Shown here in pieces: positions 33,240 to 41,838 of a stretch of 42,997 nucleotides of DNA; within the stretch, counting starts at the first letter, position 1; every line of letters starts with the position of its first letter. The stretch is from an uncultured Nitrosopumilales archaeon (lineage in GTDB: Archaea > Thermoproteota > Nitrososphaeria > Nitrososphaerales > JAAOZN01): contig CAYQXI010000025.1 of the NCBI GenBank assembly GCA_964421575.1, positions 1 to 42,997 on the forward strand, given 5' to 3'. The notes beneath the pieces were generated by a model. That model was given only the letters and a program-made list of their open reading frames with translations, made no database searches and was not told where the DNA came from. Position numbers and translations under genes: made by a program.

Positions 33240-34793
33240 ATGAGAGTACTCCTCGTCACCGCACAGCTAGCCGCAGAAGTGGTTAAAGAGCAAGTTAGAT
33301 CAACTAATGTTGATTGTGACGTTTTAGTGCTTCCAAGACCAGTGGCCGCCCTACTAAACACAACTTACATAGCGCGCAAGTTAAGGGAAGAAGACGTCAA
33401 GCACTACGATATGATTCTTCTGCCCGGTCTATGTCTCGGCGATCTTGAGGTGGTTGAAAAGGCTGTAGGTATACCCGTGTATAAGGGACCTAAGTACGCT
33501 GCTGATCTACCCGCGGTGCTAAATCTGTTAGGCTCGGTCGAACTATCCAAGACTATACCTGCGTGTGAGCTTCTTGCTAGTAGATTGAGGGCTGAGGTTG
33601 AAACCTACCTTAGAGAACGTGAAGAAGAGGCGCTCAAAGCCAGTGAAGCGGGCAGAATTAAGGTTGGCAAGTTAAGTGTAGGTTACGGGTTGCCGATGAG
33701 AGTTATGGCTGAGATCGTAGACGCCCCTCTGCTTAGTGAAGAAGAGATACTAAAGAGAGCGAGCTACTACATATCTGCTGGTGCTGATATAATCGATGTA
33801 GGTATGATCGCGCGTGAGAGCAGACCTGAAGACGCTGGCAGAATAGTAAAGCTCCTCAAACGGCACGTAGACAAACCAGTAAGTATAGACACTTTAGATG
33901 TTAACGAGTGTAAGGAGGCGGTTAAAGCCGGTGTAGACATAATCCTTAGCTTCGACAGAGGCACAGTAGAGGAAGCCTCGACCTTCGCGAAAGATGTCCC
34001 GTCGGTCATAATACCTTCACATACGGAGGCGGGCTACTTCCCCAAAGACCCTCAAGAAAGAGTAAAAGCGCTTAGAGAAAACTTACAGCTCGCTAGGAGC
34101 CTCGGCATGACTAAGGTTATCGCAGACCCTATCACAGATGTGCTGATAACTCCCGGTTTGGTGAAGTCTCTGGTCGCACACTACCTCTTTAGGAAAGAGG
34201 AACCTTATACACCCCTCTTTATGGGGCTAGCAAATGTTAGCGAGCTCCTAGATGCTGACTCTATTGGAGTCAACGCGCTTCTAGCCGGTTTAGCGATGGA
34301 GCTCGGCGCATCCATAGTATTGGCCACCGAAGCCAGTGTTAAAACTAGAGGGGCTGTGCAAGAGCTAGCGAAGGCTTGCAAAATGATGTACCTAGCCTAT
34401 TGCAGGAGCTCGGTGCCCAAAGACCTTGGTTTAGATCTACTAGTGCTTAAAGAGAAGAGGCTTAGAGACGACCCACTCATTCGGGTAGGTGAGCCTTGCG
34501 GGAGGGTTCAGGCGAATGGTGAGGAATCCGTATGTATGGATCAAAGAGGTTCCTTCAAGATAGCGGTTGATCGAGAAAACTCTCAAATAGTTGTCTATCA
34601 CTACCCGCGCTCGCTTAAGGAAGTAGATGTAATCATTTACGGCAGAGAAGCATCGAAGATCGTAAGGAAGATCATAGAGTTAGGGCTTGTCTCTAGGCTT
34701 GACCACGCAGCCTACCTAGGTAGAGAGCTGCAGAAAGCCGAGATCGCCCTGAAGACAGGTAAAGGATATATACAAGATTCAGAACTCTTTTAA
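33240..34793 (+). CDS. dihydropteroate-synthase-like protein with C-terminal DUF4346 (MJ0107 type; methanopterin biosynthesis)
   Basis: Pterin-binding TIM-barrel pattern (ISAGADIIDVG, VSIDT, DIILSF, IADP) plus a C-terminal SFKIAVD...IVVYHY...LDHAAYLGRELQKAE module. The ATG at 33240 is preferred over the listed 33228. Confidence 0.8.
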   Translation: MRVLLVTAQLAAEVVKEQVRSTNVDCDVLVLPRPVAALLNTTYIARKLREEDVKHYDMILLPGLCLGDLEVVEKAVGIPVYKGPKYAADLPAVLNLLGSVELSKTIPACELLASRLRAEVETYLREREEEALKASEAGRIKVGKLSVGYGLPMRVMAEIVDAPLLSEEEILKRASYYISAGADIIDVGMIARESRPEDAGRIVKLLKRHVDKPVSIDTLDVNECKEAVKAGVDIILSFDRGTVEEASTFAKDVPSVIIPSHTEAGYFPKDPQERVKALRENLQLARSLGMTKVIADPITDVLITPGLVKSLVAHYLFRKEEPYTPLFMGLANVSELLDADSIGVNALLAGLAMELGASIVLATEASVKTRGAVQELAKACKMMYLAYCRSSVPKDLGLDLLVLKEKRLRDDPLIRVGEPCGRVQANGEESVCMDQRGSFKIAVDRENSQIVVYHYPRSLKEVDVIIYGREASKIVRKIIELGLVSRLDHAAYLGRELQKAEIALKTGKGYIQDSELF

Positions 34794-34842
34794 TGAAATT
34801 TTTATTAATTTCCAGCAAATATCAGCACCGAAGGTGGACGAT

Positions 34843-35394
34843 ATGGATGTGATCACAGCTATAAAAACACGTAGATCTATAAGAAAATACAAACCTGACC
34901 CGATTAAAGAGGATAAGCTTCAAGCTGTTCTAGAGGCTGCGCGATGGGCGCCTTCTTGGGCTAATACTCAATGTTGGGAGTTCATAATAGTTACAAATCC
35001 TGAAACTAAAATGAAGCTTGCTGAAACGTTATATCCACGGAATCCCGCAGTAGACGCTGTTAAAAACGCTCCAGTAGTTATAGTCGCTTGTGCAAAACTT
35101 GGACTTTCAGGCTTCTACAAAGGGAAGCCGCTAGTTGATAAGGAAGACTTTTACTTGTTTGATGTTGCCTTAGCCCTTCACAACATCAGCCTAGCAGCGC
35201 ATAGCCTAGGCTTAGGTACACTCCACGTAGCGGCTTTTGACGACAAAAAAGCTTGCGAAATTCTTGAAGTACCCGCCGGGGTAACTGTGGTAGAGCTTAT
35301 GCCTATAGGCTACCCGCTTGAGGTTCCTCCCGCCCCACCTAGAAAAGAACTTAAAGATTTCATATATTATGAGAAATATGGTCAAAGAAGATAA
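34843..35394 (+). CDS. nitroreductase-family flavoprotein
   Basis: IKTRRSIRKYKPDPI, AARWAPSWANTQCWEFI and HNISLAAHSLGLGT. The ATG at 34843 follows GAAGGTGGA. Confidence 0.8.
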   Translation: MDVITAIKTRRSIRKYKPDPIKEDKLQAVLEAARWAPSWANTQCWEFIIVTNPETKMKLAETLYPRNPAVDAVKNAPVVIVACAKLGLSGFYKGKPLVDKEDFYLFDVALALHNISLAAHSLGLGTLHVAAFDDKKACEILEVPAGVTVVELMPIGYPLEVPPAPPRKELKDFIYYEKYGQRR

Positions 35395-35620
35395 ACCTCT
35401 ACACGGGTCTATATATGTGGAGTTTGATTTTAAACCATAGGACTTTCTCGAGGCACTTAACGCAGCTTCTAATAGAGAGCAAAGGTTCTAGAACTTTTGG
35501 TGAGCAAGTTTTAGCTTTCGAGGAATTTTTGCTGCGCACCTGATCTTCTAATGGATTGTAAGTGCCTCTTAACACCTTGTAGAGAGCGTAAAGCTTTTAC
35601 GAGGCATATTCAACCGCATC

Positions 35621-36304
35621 TTGGATGGCACGCTGAGTTCTAAATATTTGCTTAAGAAGTTTGGGCTTAAAATTGGGCACATATATGAGGGGATAGTATG
35701 CACTTGGAACCCCGACAACACCCCAAATGCTGCGCCGATGGGCATAACCCCTTTAAGAGGTGGTAAAGTGGCTATACGCCCCTATACAAACACAGCTACC
35801 TACCGTAATCTTGTTAGGACAGGTTGCGCAACTGTAAACTTTTGCTCAGACCCATTGCTGTACTACTTTTTAGCCCTAAAATTTCTTAAAGGTGAACACT
35901 TAGAGGGAATGTTTAAGCGTTCGGATGCCGTAGATTCACCTGAGCTAAGGAAAGCTGATGCGGTCTTGAGTGTAAGCGTAGACCGAATCGTTGGAGAGGG
36001 GGAGCAACGCGCACTCTTCGAGTGCATAATCCTCTCAACAAAAGGACCTAAGATGAAGAGGGTTGAACCGTATTCTAGGGCACCTCACGCCTTGATGGAG
36101 TGTATAATACACGCAACTAGAATAAGACCATATGCTGAATCAGATTTAAACGAGGCTAGAAAGCTATTCGCCCTCATAGAGCACCACCGCTCCATCATCT
36201 CTAGGGTAGCGAAACACTCCGCATACGCTCAAGCTGCAGATGAAATATATGCATACTGTAGGAGGGTGCTCTCCGAATATGAAGCTCACCATAAAGACAC
36301 CTAG
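35621..36304 (+). CDS. DUF447-family protein (FMN-binding split-barrel-like; H4MPT-linked family)
   Basis: IYEGIVCTWNPDNTPNAAPMGI resembles the DUF447 N-terminal block. TTG start; the exact start is uncertain. Confidence 0.55.
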   Translation: MDGTLSSKYLLKKFGLKIGHIYEGIVCTWNPDNTPNAAPMGITPLRGGKVAIRPYTNTATYRNLVRTGCATVNFCSDPLLYYFLALKFLKGEHLEGMFKRSDAVDSPELRKADAVLSVSVDRIVGEGEQRALFECIILSTKGPKMKRVEPYSRAPHALMECIIHATRIRPYAESDLNEARKLFALIEHHRSIISRVAKHSAYAQAADEIYAYCRRVLSEYEAHHKDT

Positions 36305-37256
36305 CAGACTACACATGGGTTTGATCGATTTAAGAGGAGACCTAGGTAGAGCATTCGGATCTATCGGGGTTGGTATACAGTATCCAAATATAGTTCTGAC
36401 CGCTGAAGAATCAGATAGGCTAGTGGTGGAGGGCGAGCAAGCGGAGAGGTTCAAGGCTTTCGCAGAGCGTTTTATAAAGGCTGTAAACGCCAAAGTCAAG
36501 TGCAAGATTACTGTTGAAAAGACTATACCTATGCACGTAGGATTAGGCTCAGGTACACAATCAGCGTTAGGGGTAGCTTCGCTCATCAGCAAAATAAACA
36601 ATCTAAGGGTCTCTGTGGAGGAGGCTGCTGTGCTCACGGGTAGAGCGTCAATCTCAAGCGTTGGAATAGGGGTTTTCAAATACGGCGGTTTCATAGTAGA
36701 TGCTGGGCATAAAGTAGACCAATGGGAGAGATCTAAGAAGGAGCGAAAGAGCGTAGCACCTATTGTCTTCAGGCACCCCTTCCCAAAAGATTGGCTATTT
36801 GTAGTAGCGGTGACAGAGGAAAGCAGGGGGCTTAGCGGAGAAGAGGAGAAGAAGGCATTCGACACTCTACCGACACCGAGAAAAGAGTGGGCTGTAGATA
36901 TATGCAGACTAGTGCACCTAAACCTAATTCCAGCACTAATAGAGCGGGACATAGATACCTTCGGAAAAGCTCTCACAAAGATCCAGATACTAACAGGTAA
37001 ATGCTTCGAGAAGATTCAAGGTGGGATCTACGCAAGCAGATTAGCCGAAGAAAGCTGCAGAAAGATGCTAGAAGCGGGTGCAAAAGCGGTAGGGCAAAGT
37101 TCTTGGGGACCTACAGTCTACGCGCTAGTGCAAGGGGTGAAGGAGGCTAGAAAGGTGGCGCTATCTTTAGAACCTCTGCTAGGCTCAGAGTTTAATAAAA
37201 AAGTCTTCGTTACGGCGGCAGCTAATAGAGGGGCTAAGCTTCAGCGGCTAAGCTAG
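36279..37256 (+). CDS. mptG: beta-ribofuranosylaminobenzene 5'-phosphate (RFA-P) synthase, GHMP-kinase fold
   Basis: TPSRLHMGLIDLRGDLGRAFGSIGVGI and PMHVGLGSGTQSAL match the MJ1427-type pattern. The ATG at 36279 overlaps the upstream gene by 26 nt. Confidence 0.85.
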   Translation: MKLTIKTPSRLHMGLIDLRGDLGRAFGSIGVGIQYPNIVLTAEESDRLVVEGEQAERFKAFAERFIKAVNAKVKCKITVEKTIPMHVGLGSGTQSALGVASLISKINNLRVSVEEAAVLTGRASISSVGIGVFKYGGFIVDAGHKVDQWERSKKERKSVAPIVFRHPFPKDWLFVVAVTEESRGLSGEEEKKAFDTLPTPRKEWAVDICRLVHLNLIPALIERDIDTFGKALTKIQILTGKCFEKIQGGIYASRLAEESCRKMLEAGAKAVGQSSWGPTVYALVQGVKEARKVALSLEPLLGSEFNKKVFVTAAANRGAKLQRLS

Positions 37257-37266
37257 TCCTTTGAGT

Positions 37267-38109
37267 TTAAGCAGAGGGTTTAGAAGGCTTTTCAGCAAAC
37301 TTGAACTTTCTCAATATGGTACCGTCATCATAGTGCGGCGACCTGTATACCGTGTCATTACACTTCTCTATGCTTCTGGCTTCGTCAGCGAGCATAGCTG
37401 CCGCAGCCAACATTTCGTGCCCCGCAGCTATCAGAGGCATATACCTCTCCATCTCCTTGACGACAAAGCAGCCCTCTACTGTAAGATCAGCAACCCTCCT
37501 CGCCATCTCATATGCCGCCATAGCCTTAGCTCTAGCATAGGGGTTCTGCAGACCAGAGTTGGCGACCGCCTTCTCCTTATCTATAACCACACGTGGCAGA
37601 GTTGGTTTCTCACCACGCTTCAGAGCATCTATCACCGCATCTATCTCATTTCTCAGTATGTTAAAGGCGCCTGTTATAGCGAGCACTTTCACGATATGTG
37701 CGTTAAATAGAGCCATCTCCACCGGATCTAAAAACTCTCTCCTCGCACCAAGCATAGAGTCAGCCTCAACGATAATGTAGCCCTGACCTGCTTCTTCAAT
37801 AGCTTTCACAGCTTTCTTTGCAGGAGCGTCAGAGACGATGATAGTGGGAAGACCCGCCTCCTTAAATATTTCACGTAGCTTAGTCGGGACTGGTAAGGCT
37901 GCGTTAGGACTGGTTATAATCACCAGATTTGGTTTCATTTCAACGAGCTTCTGCCCCACCTCTGTAGCCTGTTCAACACCTAGCTTTGCGCCCGAGCTCA
38001 CCACTCTAACATCTATATCTTCACGCTCTGCTCGCTCATCCAGAAGGTATTCGATCAACACTGCACTACCTATACACCCCACCTTCGCAAAACCCACTTT
38101 CAAAACCAT
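37267..38109 (-). CDS. mtd: F420-dependent methylenetetrahydromethanopterin dehydrogenase
   Basis: VGFAKVGCIGSAVLIEYLLDERAEREDIDVRVV, MLGARREFLDPVEMA, VEGCFV and RYMPLIAAGHEM closely resemble methanogen Mtd. Confidence 0.93.
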   Translation of the reverse strand: MVLKVGFAKVGCIGSAVLIEYLLDERAEREDIDVRVVSSGAKLGVEQATEVGQKLVEMKPNLVIITSPNAALPVPTKLREIFKEAGLPTIIVSDAPAKKAVKAIEEAGQGYIIVEADSMLGARREFLDPVEMALFNAHIVKVLAITGAFNILRNEIDAVIDALKRGEKPTLPRVVIDKEKAVANSGLQNPYARAKAMAAYEMARRVADLTVEGCFVVKEMERYMPLIAAGHEMLAAAAMLADEARSIEKCNDTVYRSPHYDDGTILRKFKFAEKPSKPSA

Positions 38110-38243
38110 GTATTTGCACCTCGGAGTAGCAATGTGAAGAACACTATTTTTAACCTTTTGGTCATAAAAACATCAAATGATCAACGCAGATAGCGTAGGT
38201 ACCTCGAGTCCAACGACGGTTTGTTTCAGATAACTCTCTGAAG

Positions 38244-38361
38244 TGCGGGGGGTGGGATTTGAACCCACGAACCCCTACGGGACAGGAGCTCTGCGTGTGG
38301 CTCCTCAGTCTCGCAGCCTTTTGGGGCACCTGCGCCTTTGACCTGGCTTGGCAACCCCCGC
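38244..38361 (-). tRNA. tRNA-Leu(GAG), class II, with two introns
   Basis: Reverse complement: GCGGGGG-TT-GCC-AAGCCAGGTCAAA-GGC-G-CAGG[19 nt]A-CTGAGG[14 nt]C-TCCTG-T-CCCGTAGGGG-TTC-GTGGG-TTCAAAT-CCCAC-CCCCCGC-A. Insertions at 38310-38328 and 38289-38302. The mature length would be 85 nt. Confidence 0.85.
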
Positions 38362-38471
38362 GCGCTCTACGTATCTAAGTGGGGAAGGTGGGGGTAATAA
38401 TATCTTACTTCCGTAGCTTGGAGCGAAGATATGTAAATATGGATGGTCTCCTTAGGAGAGTTGGGTTAGAG

Positions 38472-38912
38472 ATGATCTGGCAAGAGGCGAAGATAGGGCG
38501 AGTATTAGTCTGCAGAATGGATTTTGAATCCGACCTCCTCTCTTCCTTAGAGGAGTTCGCCAGAGAGCAGAAGGTGGATGCCGCTTTCTTCATCGCCCTA
38601 GGTGCGGTTAAGAAAGCCGCCTTTGCCTACTATGAGCAAGCAGCGAAAAAGTATGTCGAAGAGGTTGTTGAGGAGCCTATGGAACTCTTGAGTTGCATAG
38701 GGAATATCGCAACACTAGATGGTAAAGTGGTTGTGCACGCGCACGCAGTCTTTTCAGACAGATTAGGTAGACTTAAAGGTGGGCATCTTCTTAAAGGAAC
38801 TACGGTCTTCGCAGGAGAGGTGCTTATCGTTGAACTCAGCGGCGTGGAATTGGCTAGAGCCTACGATAGCGTCACTGGGCTGAACCTCTACACACCTACG
38901 CCTAAACCTTAG
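38472..38912 (+). CDS. PPC (DUF296) domain protein
   Basis: GRVLVCRMDFESDLLSSLEEFAREQKVDAAFFIALGAV...LSCIGNIA..DGKVVVHAHAVFSD..GRLKGGHL...FAGEVLIVEL. The listed start is 38379; the ATG at 38472 (or 38439) is more likely. Confidence 0.7.
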   Translation: MIWQEAKIGRVLVCRMDFESDLLSSLEEFAREQKVDAAFFIALGAVKKAAFAYYEQAAKKYVEEVVEEPMELLSCIGNIATLDGKVVVHAHAVFSDRLGRLKGGHLLKGTTVFAGEVLIVELSGVELARAYDSVTGLNLYTPTPKP

Positions 38913-38927
38913 AGATAGTTGTTAGTG

Positions 38928-40025
38928 CTATGCTGGCTTGAACCTGGCCTCTAACTTCTTCAGCACATTGCTGAGTGTCGTGTACTCCATCTCCTCCGGC
39001 TCTAGCCTAGCTGGCATAAATGGTCCGTGCCTCCTCATATAGTCCGCTACTTCGTTAGCTATGCTTCTAGCTCGGTCGAATGCTGGGTCATCGAAGAGGT
39101 CTGCTGGTCCGACAAGCATGCCTTCGCTGAGCTGGAAGCCTAAGGCTACGACCCTCGGCGGGCCGTCGAATCTCGTGCACCTCGCATTCCTAAGAGAGAC
39201 AGGCATAAGGGGGCCATTATGTGAGCCACGCATCCACCCAGCTACGAGATGGGGGAAGGCGAAGGGCTCTAGTACTTCTCCTACAGCTGGTAGACCGTGT
39301 TGCGCTCTTACGAACATAACTGGGTCGTCTTTGCCCACATACCTTCCGGCTATTAGTGAAAGTCTTGTTGTGCTTGCTACAGCTGCTAAGAGGTTGTCTG
39401 CTCTTCGGTAGACGCTGTGTATGACATATCTGCTTGGTGTTCCTATGAGTGCGAGGAGGTCGTAGGATTCTTCAGGGGTGTGAAGGTCTACGACCTTATC
39501 TTCTATAACATCCATTACTCTAAATGTGAAGCCTGTGTGGAGCTTCTCATCTATTATTAATCCAGCAGTATTGAATGGATCTGCAAATATTCGGTATAAA
39601 GGTAGGTTCCAAGCACCGGGCTCGGTCTTATCGGCCATAAAGACAACTATAGGCTCGCTCACCCTCTCCTCGATTTCTGCTTCAGCTACACCAGGGCCCA
39701 TGCCTTTCAAGTTCCCCGAGAAGGCGGTTGCAAGTAGGTCTTGCCCGGCAGCATATAGCTTAAGTTTCTTAGAGACCTTTTCAGTAACTTCCTTAAATGT
39801 CTCCCAAGCTAGACCATGAATTTCGCTATTGTTCACTCCTTTTGTGTGGGTCATTATAAGTTGGAGGTCATCGCCGACTGCTGTCACATAGAAGTCTCTT
39901 AGGAGATCTTTCTGCTTAGCTTCAGCCAGCTTTTCTTGGGCGACTTTGATCTGCTCTGGGTGTACCATGTGATGCCCGGCGAGGCTCCCTATGTCGGCTT
40001 TTATTACGGATAATGTTATCCTCAT
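38928..40025 (-). CDS. fbp: bifunctional fructose-1,6-bisphosphate aldolase/phosphatase (class V FBPase)
   Basis: N-terminal ITLSVIKADIGSLAGHHMVHP and the conserved blocks throughout are diagnostic. Confidence 0.95.
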   Translation of the reverse strand: MRITLSVIKADIGSLAGHHMVHPEQIKVAQEKLAEAKQKDLLRDFYVTAVGDDLQLIMTHTKGVNNSEIHGLAWETFKEVTEKVSKKLKLYAAGQDLLATAFSGNLKGMGPGVAEAEIEERVSEPIVVFMADKTEPGAWNLPLYRIFADPFNTAGLIIDEKLHTGFTFRVMDVIEDKVVDLHTPEESYDLLALIGTPSRYVIHSVYRRADNLLAAVASTTRLSLIAGRYVGKDDPVMFVRAQHGLPAVGEVLEPFAFPHLVAGWMRGSHNGPLMPVSLRNARCTRFDGPPRVVALGFQLSEGMLVGPADLFDDPAFDRARSIANEVADYMRRHGPFMPARLEPEEMEYTTLSNVLKKLEARFKPA

Positions 40026-40100
40026 ACCTCATCGAGTCAAGTAGGGTTAAGGGGAAAAATAAACTTATGGGTAGGCTCTTCTACCCTTGTCGCTTCTTGC

Positions 40101-40202
40101 TTAGTATTCTTCCTCTTCCTCGTATTCCTCTTCCCACTCTTCTTCTTCGAAGTCCTCTTCAAAGTCCTCCTCGAATTCCTCGAATTCTTCTTCCTCGGAC
40201 AT
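40101..40202 (-). CDS. unlisted 33-codon hyper-acidic ORF (MSEEEEFEEFEEDFEEDFEEEEWEEEYEEEEEY)
   Basis: The ATG at 40202 is preceded by GAGGT with a 7-nt spacer and a TTATTAAT box ~40 nt upstream. The stop at 40101-40103 is followed by the hairpin GGGTAG/CTACCC (40069-40086) and a T-run on the coding strand. Confidence 0.4.
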   Translation of the reverse strand: MSEEEEFEEFEEDFEEDFEEEEWEEEYEEEEEY

Positions 40203-40279
40203 AACCATTACCTCTAGAGCATCGTCTATCCGATTAGATACCATTAATAAGCTTTTTGATAAAAGGAGAGAGATGAGCC

Positions 40280-40921
40280 ATGCGACCCATCAAGATTATG
40301 GGATGCGCTAGTGAAGAGGCTATTAAAGAGGCTGCGAGAGTAGTTTCTCAAGGAGGATTAGTCGTCTACCCCACAGATACAGTGTATGGATTAGGATGCG
40401 ATCCGTTTAATGGGGATGCTGTTGATAGGATCTTTAAGGTTAAAGGGCGGCCGAGTAGGCCGATACCAATTCTAGTCTCAAGCATAGAAAGAGCGGAGCA
40501 GTTAGTTGAGTTAGGCAAAGTTGGGGCAGCGTTAGCCTCTAAATTCTGGCCCGGAGCACTTACGATCGCAGCGCCGATCAAGGTTAACATCTCTCTACCT
40601 GAAAATCTAATGTGCGGCTTTAAGACGCTTGGCGTTAGGGTTCCAAACCACAATTGCGCACTCAAATTAATAGAGGGTGCAGGCGGTTTCTTAGTTGGCA
40701 CGAGCGCTAACCGATCTGGTGAAAAGCCCTCTTTAACGGTTGAGGAAGCCGTCAATAGTCTGCGGCAGAGTGTAGACTTCTACCTTGATGGTGGTAGGGT
40801 TGTGTTAGGTAAAGAGTCTACGGTGGTTGATATAAGCAGAGAAGAACCAGTGGTGGTTAGAGAGGGGGCTATAAGCAAAGAAACTATATTCGGTGTTCTG
40901 AGATCGTTGGGGCTAACTTAA
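40280..40921 (+). CDS. tsaC: L-threonylcarbamoyladenylate synthase, YrdC-domain-only (TsaC type)
   Basis: VVYPTDTVYGLGCDP, VKGRPSRPIPIL, FWPGALT, LGVRVPNH, GTSANRSGEKP and ESTVVD. Confidence 0.9.
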   Translation: MRPIKIMGCASEEAIKEAARVVSQGGLVVYPTDTVYGLGCDPFNGDAVDRIFKVKGRPSRPIPILVSSIERAEQLVELGKVGAALASKFWPGALTIAAPIKVNISLPENLMCGFKTLGVRVPNHNCALKLIEGAGGFLVGTSANRSGEKPSLTVEEAVNSLRQSVDFYLDGGRVVLGKESTVVDISREEPVVVREGAISKETIFGVLRSLGLT

Positions 40922-41466
40922 GGTTTGGCTTCACAGGCGAGCAACGCTGACTTCTCAGCCAGAAGATAGGGTAGTGGATCACCATCAATTAAGGTGGAGG
41001 CTTGGGTCTGTGCTAGAGCGTGTTGAGAAAGCAGGTTGGCTGACTTTTCGCTCGTCAACTCGATTACATTATCATCCAGCGTGCCGAGTGATTCAAGTAT
41101 CTTAAGGAGCTTTGCGGGGAAGGAGCCTTCACCTAGCGATAAGGCGACGATGTTCATTCTTCGAGGTTTTAAACCCGCCTTCTCTACCGCCTTCTTAAGC
41201 TGGTTTTCACACGCCACCCTAGCTAGAAGATCGATCTCTGGCTGCTTAGCGTATGTCAATCCTCTTCTGCTTGCTTCGTATGCTTGCTTCAATAGGAGCT
41301 CGATGTGGCGCCTCCCTGCGACAAGATCTGCATCGACCAACACGATCGGGGTGTTAGATATCTGCTTCACTTCTTGTAGTAAGGCTTCGGGATCTTTTAT
41401 ATCCGCATCTCTTACCCCTTGAGCAGCATACCTTCTACCCTCAACTTCTAATGTGAACATCCTCAT
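40918..41466 (-). CDS. cgi121: KEOPS complex subunit Cgi121
   Basis: IVLVDADLVAGRRHIELLLKQAYEASRRGLTYAKQPEIDLLARVACENQLKKAVEKAGLK resembles the Cgi121 core. The start overlaps the MoaD-like stop (ATGA). Confidence 0.65.
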   Translation of the reverse strand: MRMFTLEVEGRRYAAQGVRDADIKDPEALLQEVKQISNTPIVLVDADLVAGRRHIELLLKQAYEASRRGLTYAKQPEIDLLARVACENQLKKAVEKAGLKPRRMNIVALSLGEGSFPAKLLKILESLGTLDDNVIELTSEKSANLLSQHALAQTQASTLIDGDPLPYLLAEKSALLACEAKP

Positions 41467-41708
41467 CCACCGTGGCTTATCGGTATTAGTGTAATTAGGT
41501 CACCAGCCTTAACCTCAGTTTTATCGCCTTTTAAGGCTGAGACTTCTACACCATTAACCAAAATAAGCGTATTAGCCCTCGTTATCTTAGGCCCCTCTCT
41601 AAGGTTCAATCTGTTTAGCAGCCCCTCTACACTTATCTTGTCTTCCGGAAACTCCATCTCCTCCTTAAATTGTGCTGCTAGATGGCCTAGGAAGCGTACC
41701 TTTATCAT
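41463..41708 (-). CDS. MoaD/ThiS-family ubiquitin-like small protein (SAMP/Urm1-like) ending in Gly-Gly
   Basis: 81 aa with a beta-grasp-like pattern; the C-terminus is ...LIPISHGG followed by the stop. Confidence 0.75.
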   Translation of the reverse strand: MIKVRFLGHLAAQFKEEMEFPEDKISVEGLLNRLNLREGPKITRANTLILVNGVEVSALKGDKTEVKAGDLITLIPISHGG

Positions 41709-41838
41709 CTCTTAACTCGCCTTTAAGGATAGGGTAGAAGGAGGCATATATCTTTAGGCTTAGAAAGTATATGTGGCGAGAGGGTTAAGAAAACCTTCAA
41801 AAATCCACAAGGAAAACATCTTACGTAAAACCATTATA

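Noticed and set aside
36164-36976. 270-aa minus-strand ORF
   Set aside because: It is fully antisense to the DUF447 and RFA-P synthase genes, which have clear family motifs, and its Ser/Leu/Pro-rich composition matches a shadow frame.
38177-38241. Possible C/D-box sRNA (ATGATCA ... CTGA, ~65 nt) next to tRNA-Leu
   Set aside because: The C box deviates from RUGAUGA, there are no internal C'/D' boxes and no terminal stem.
40013-40204. 63-aa plus-strand ORF rich in Leu/Pro/Arg
   Set aside because: It is the mirror image of the GAA/GAG-rich acidic micro-ORF region. It has no SD, and the minus-strand reading has much better expression signals.
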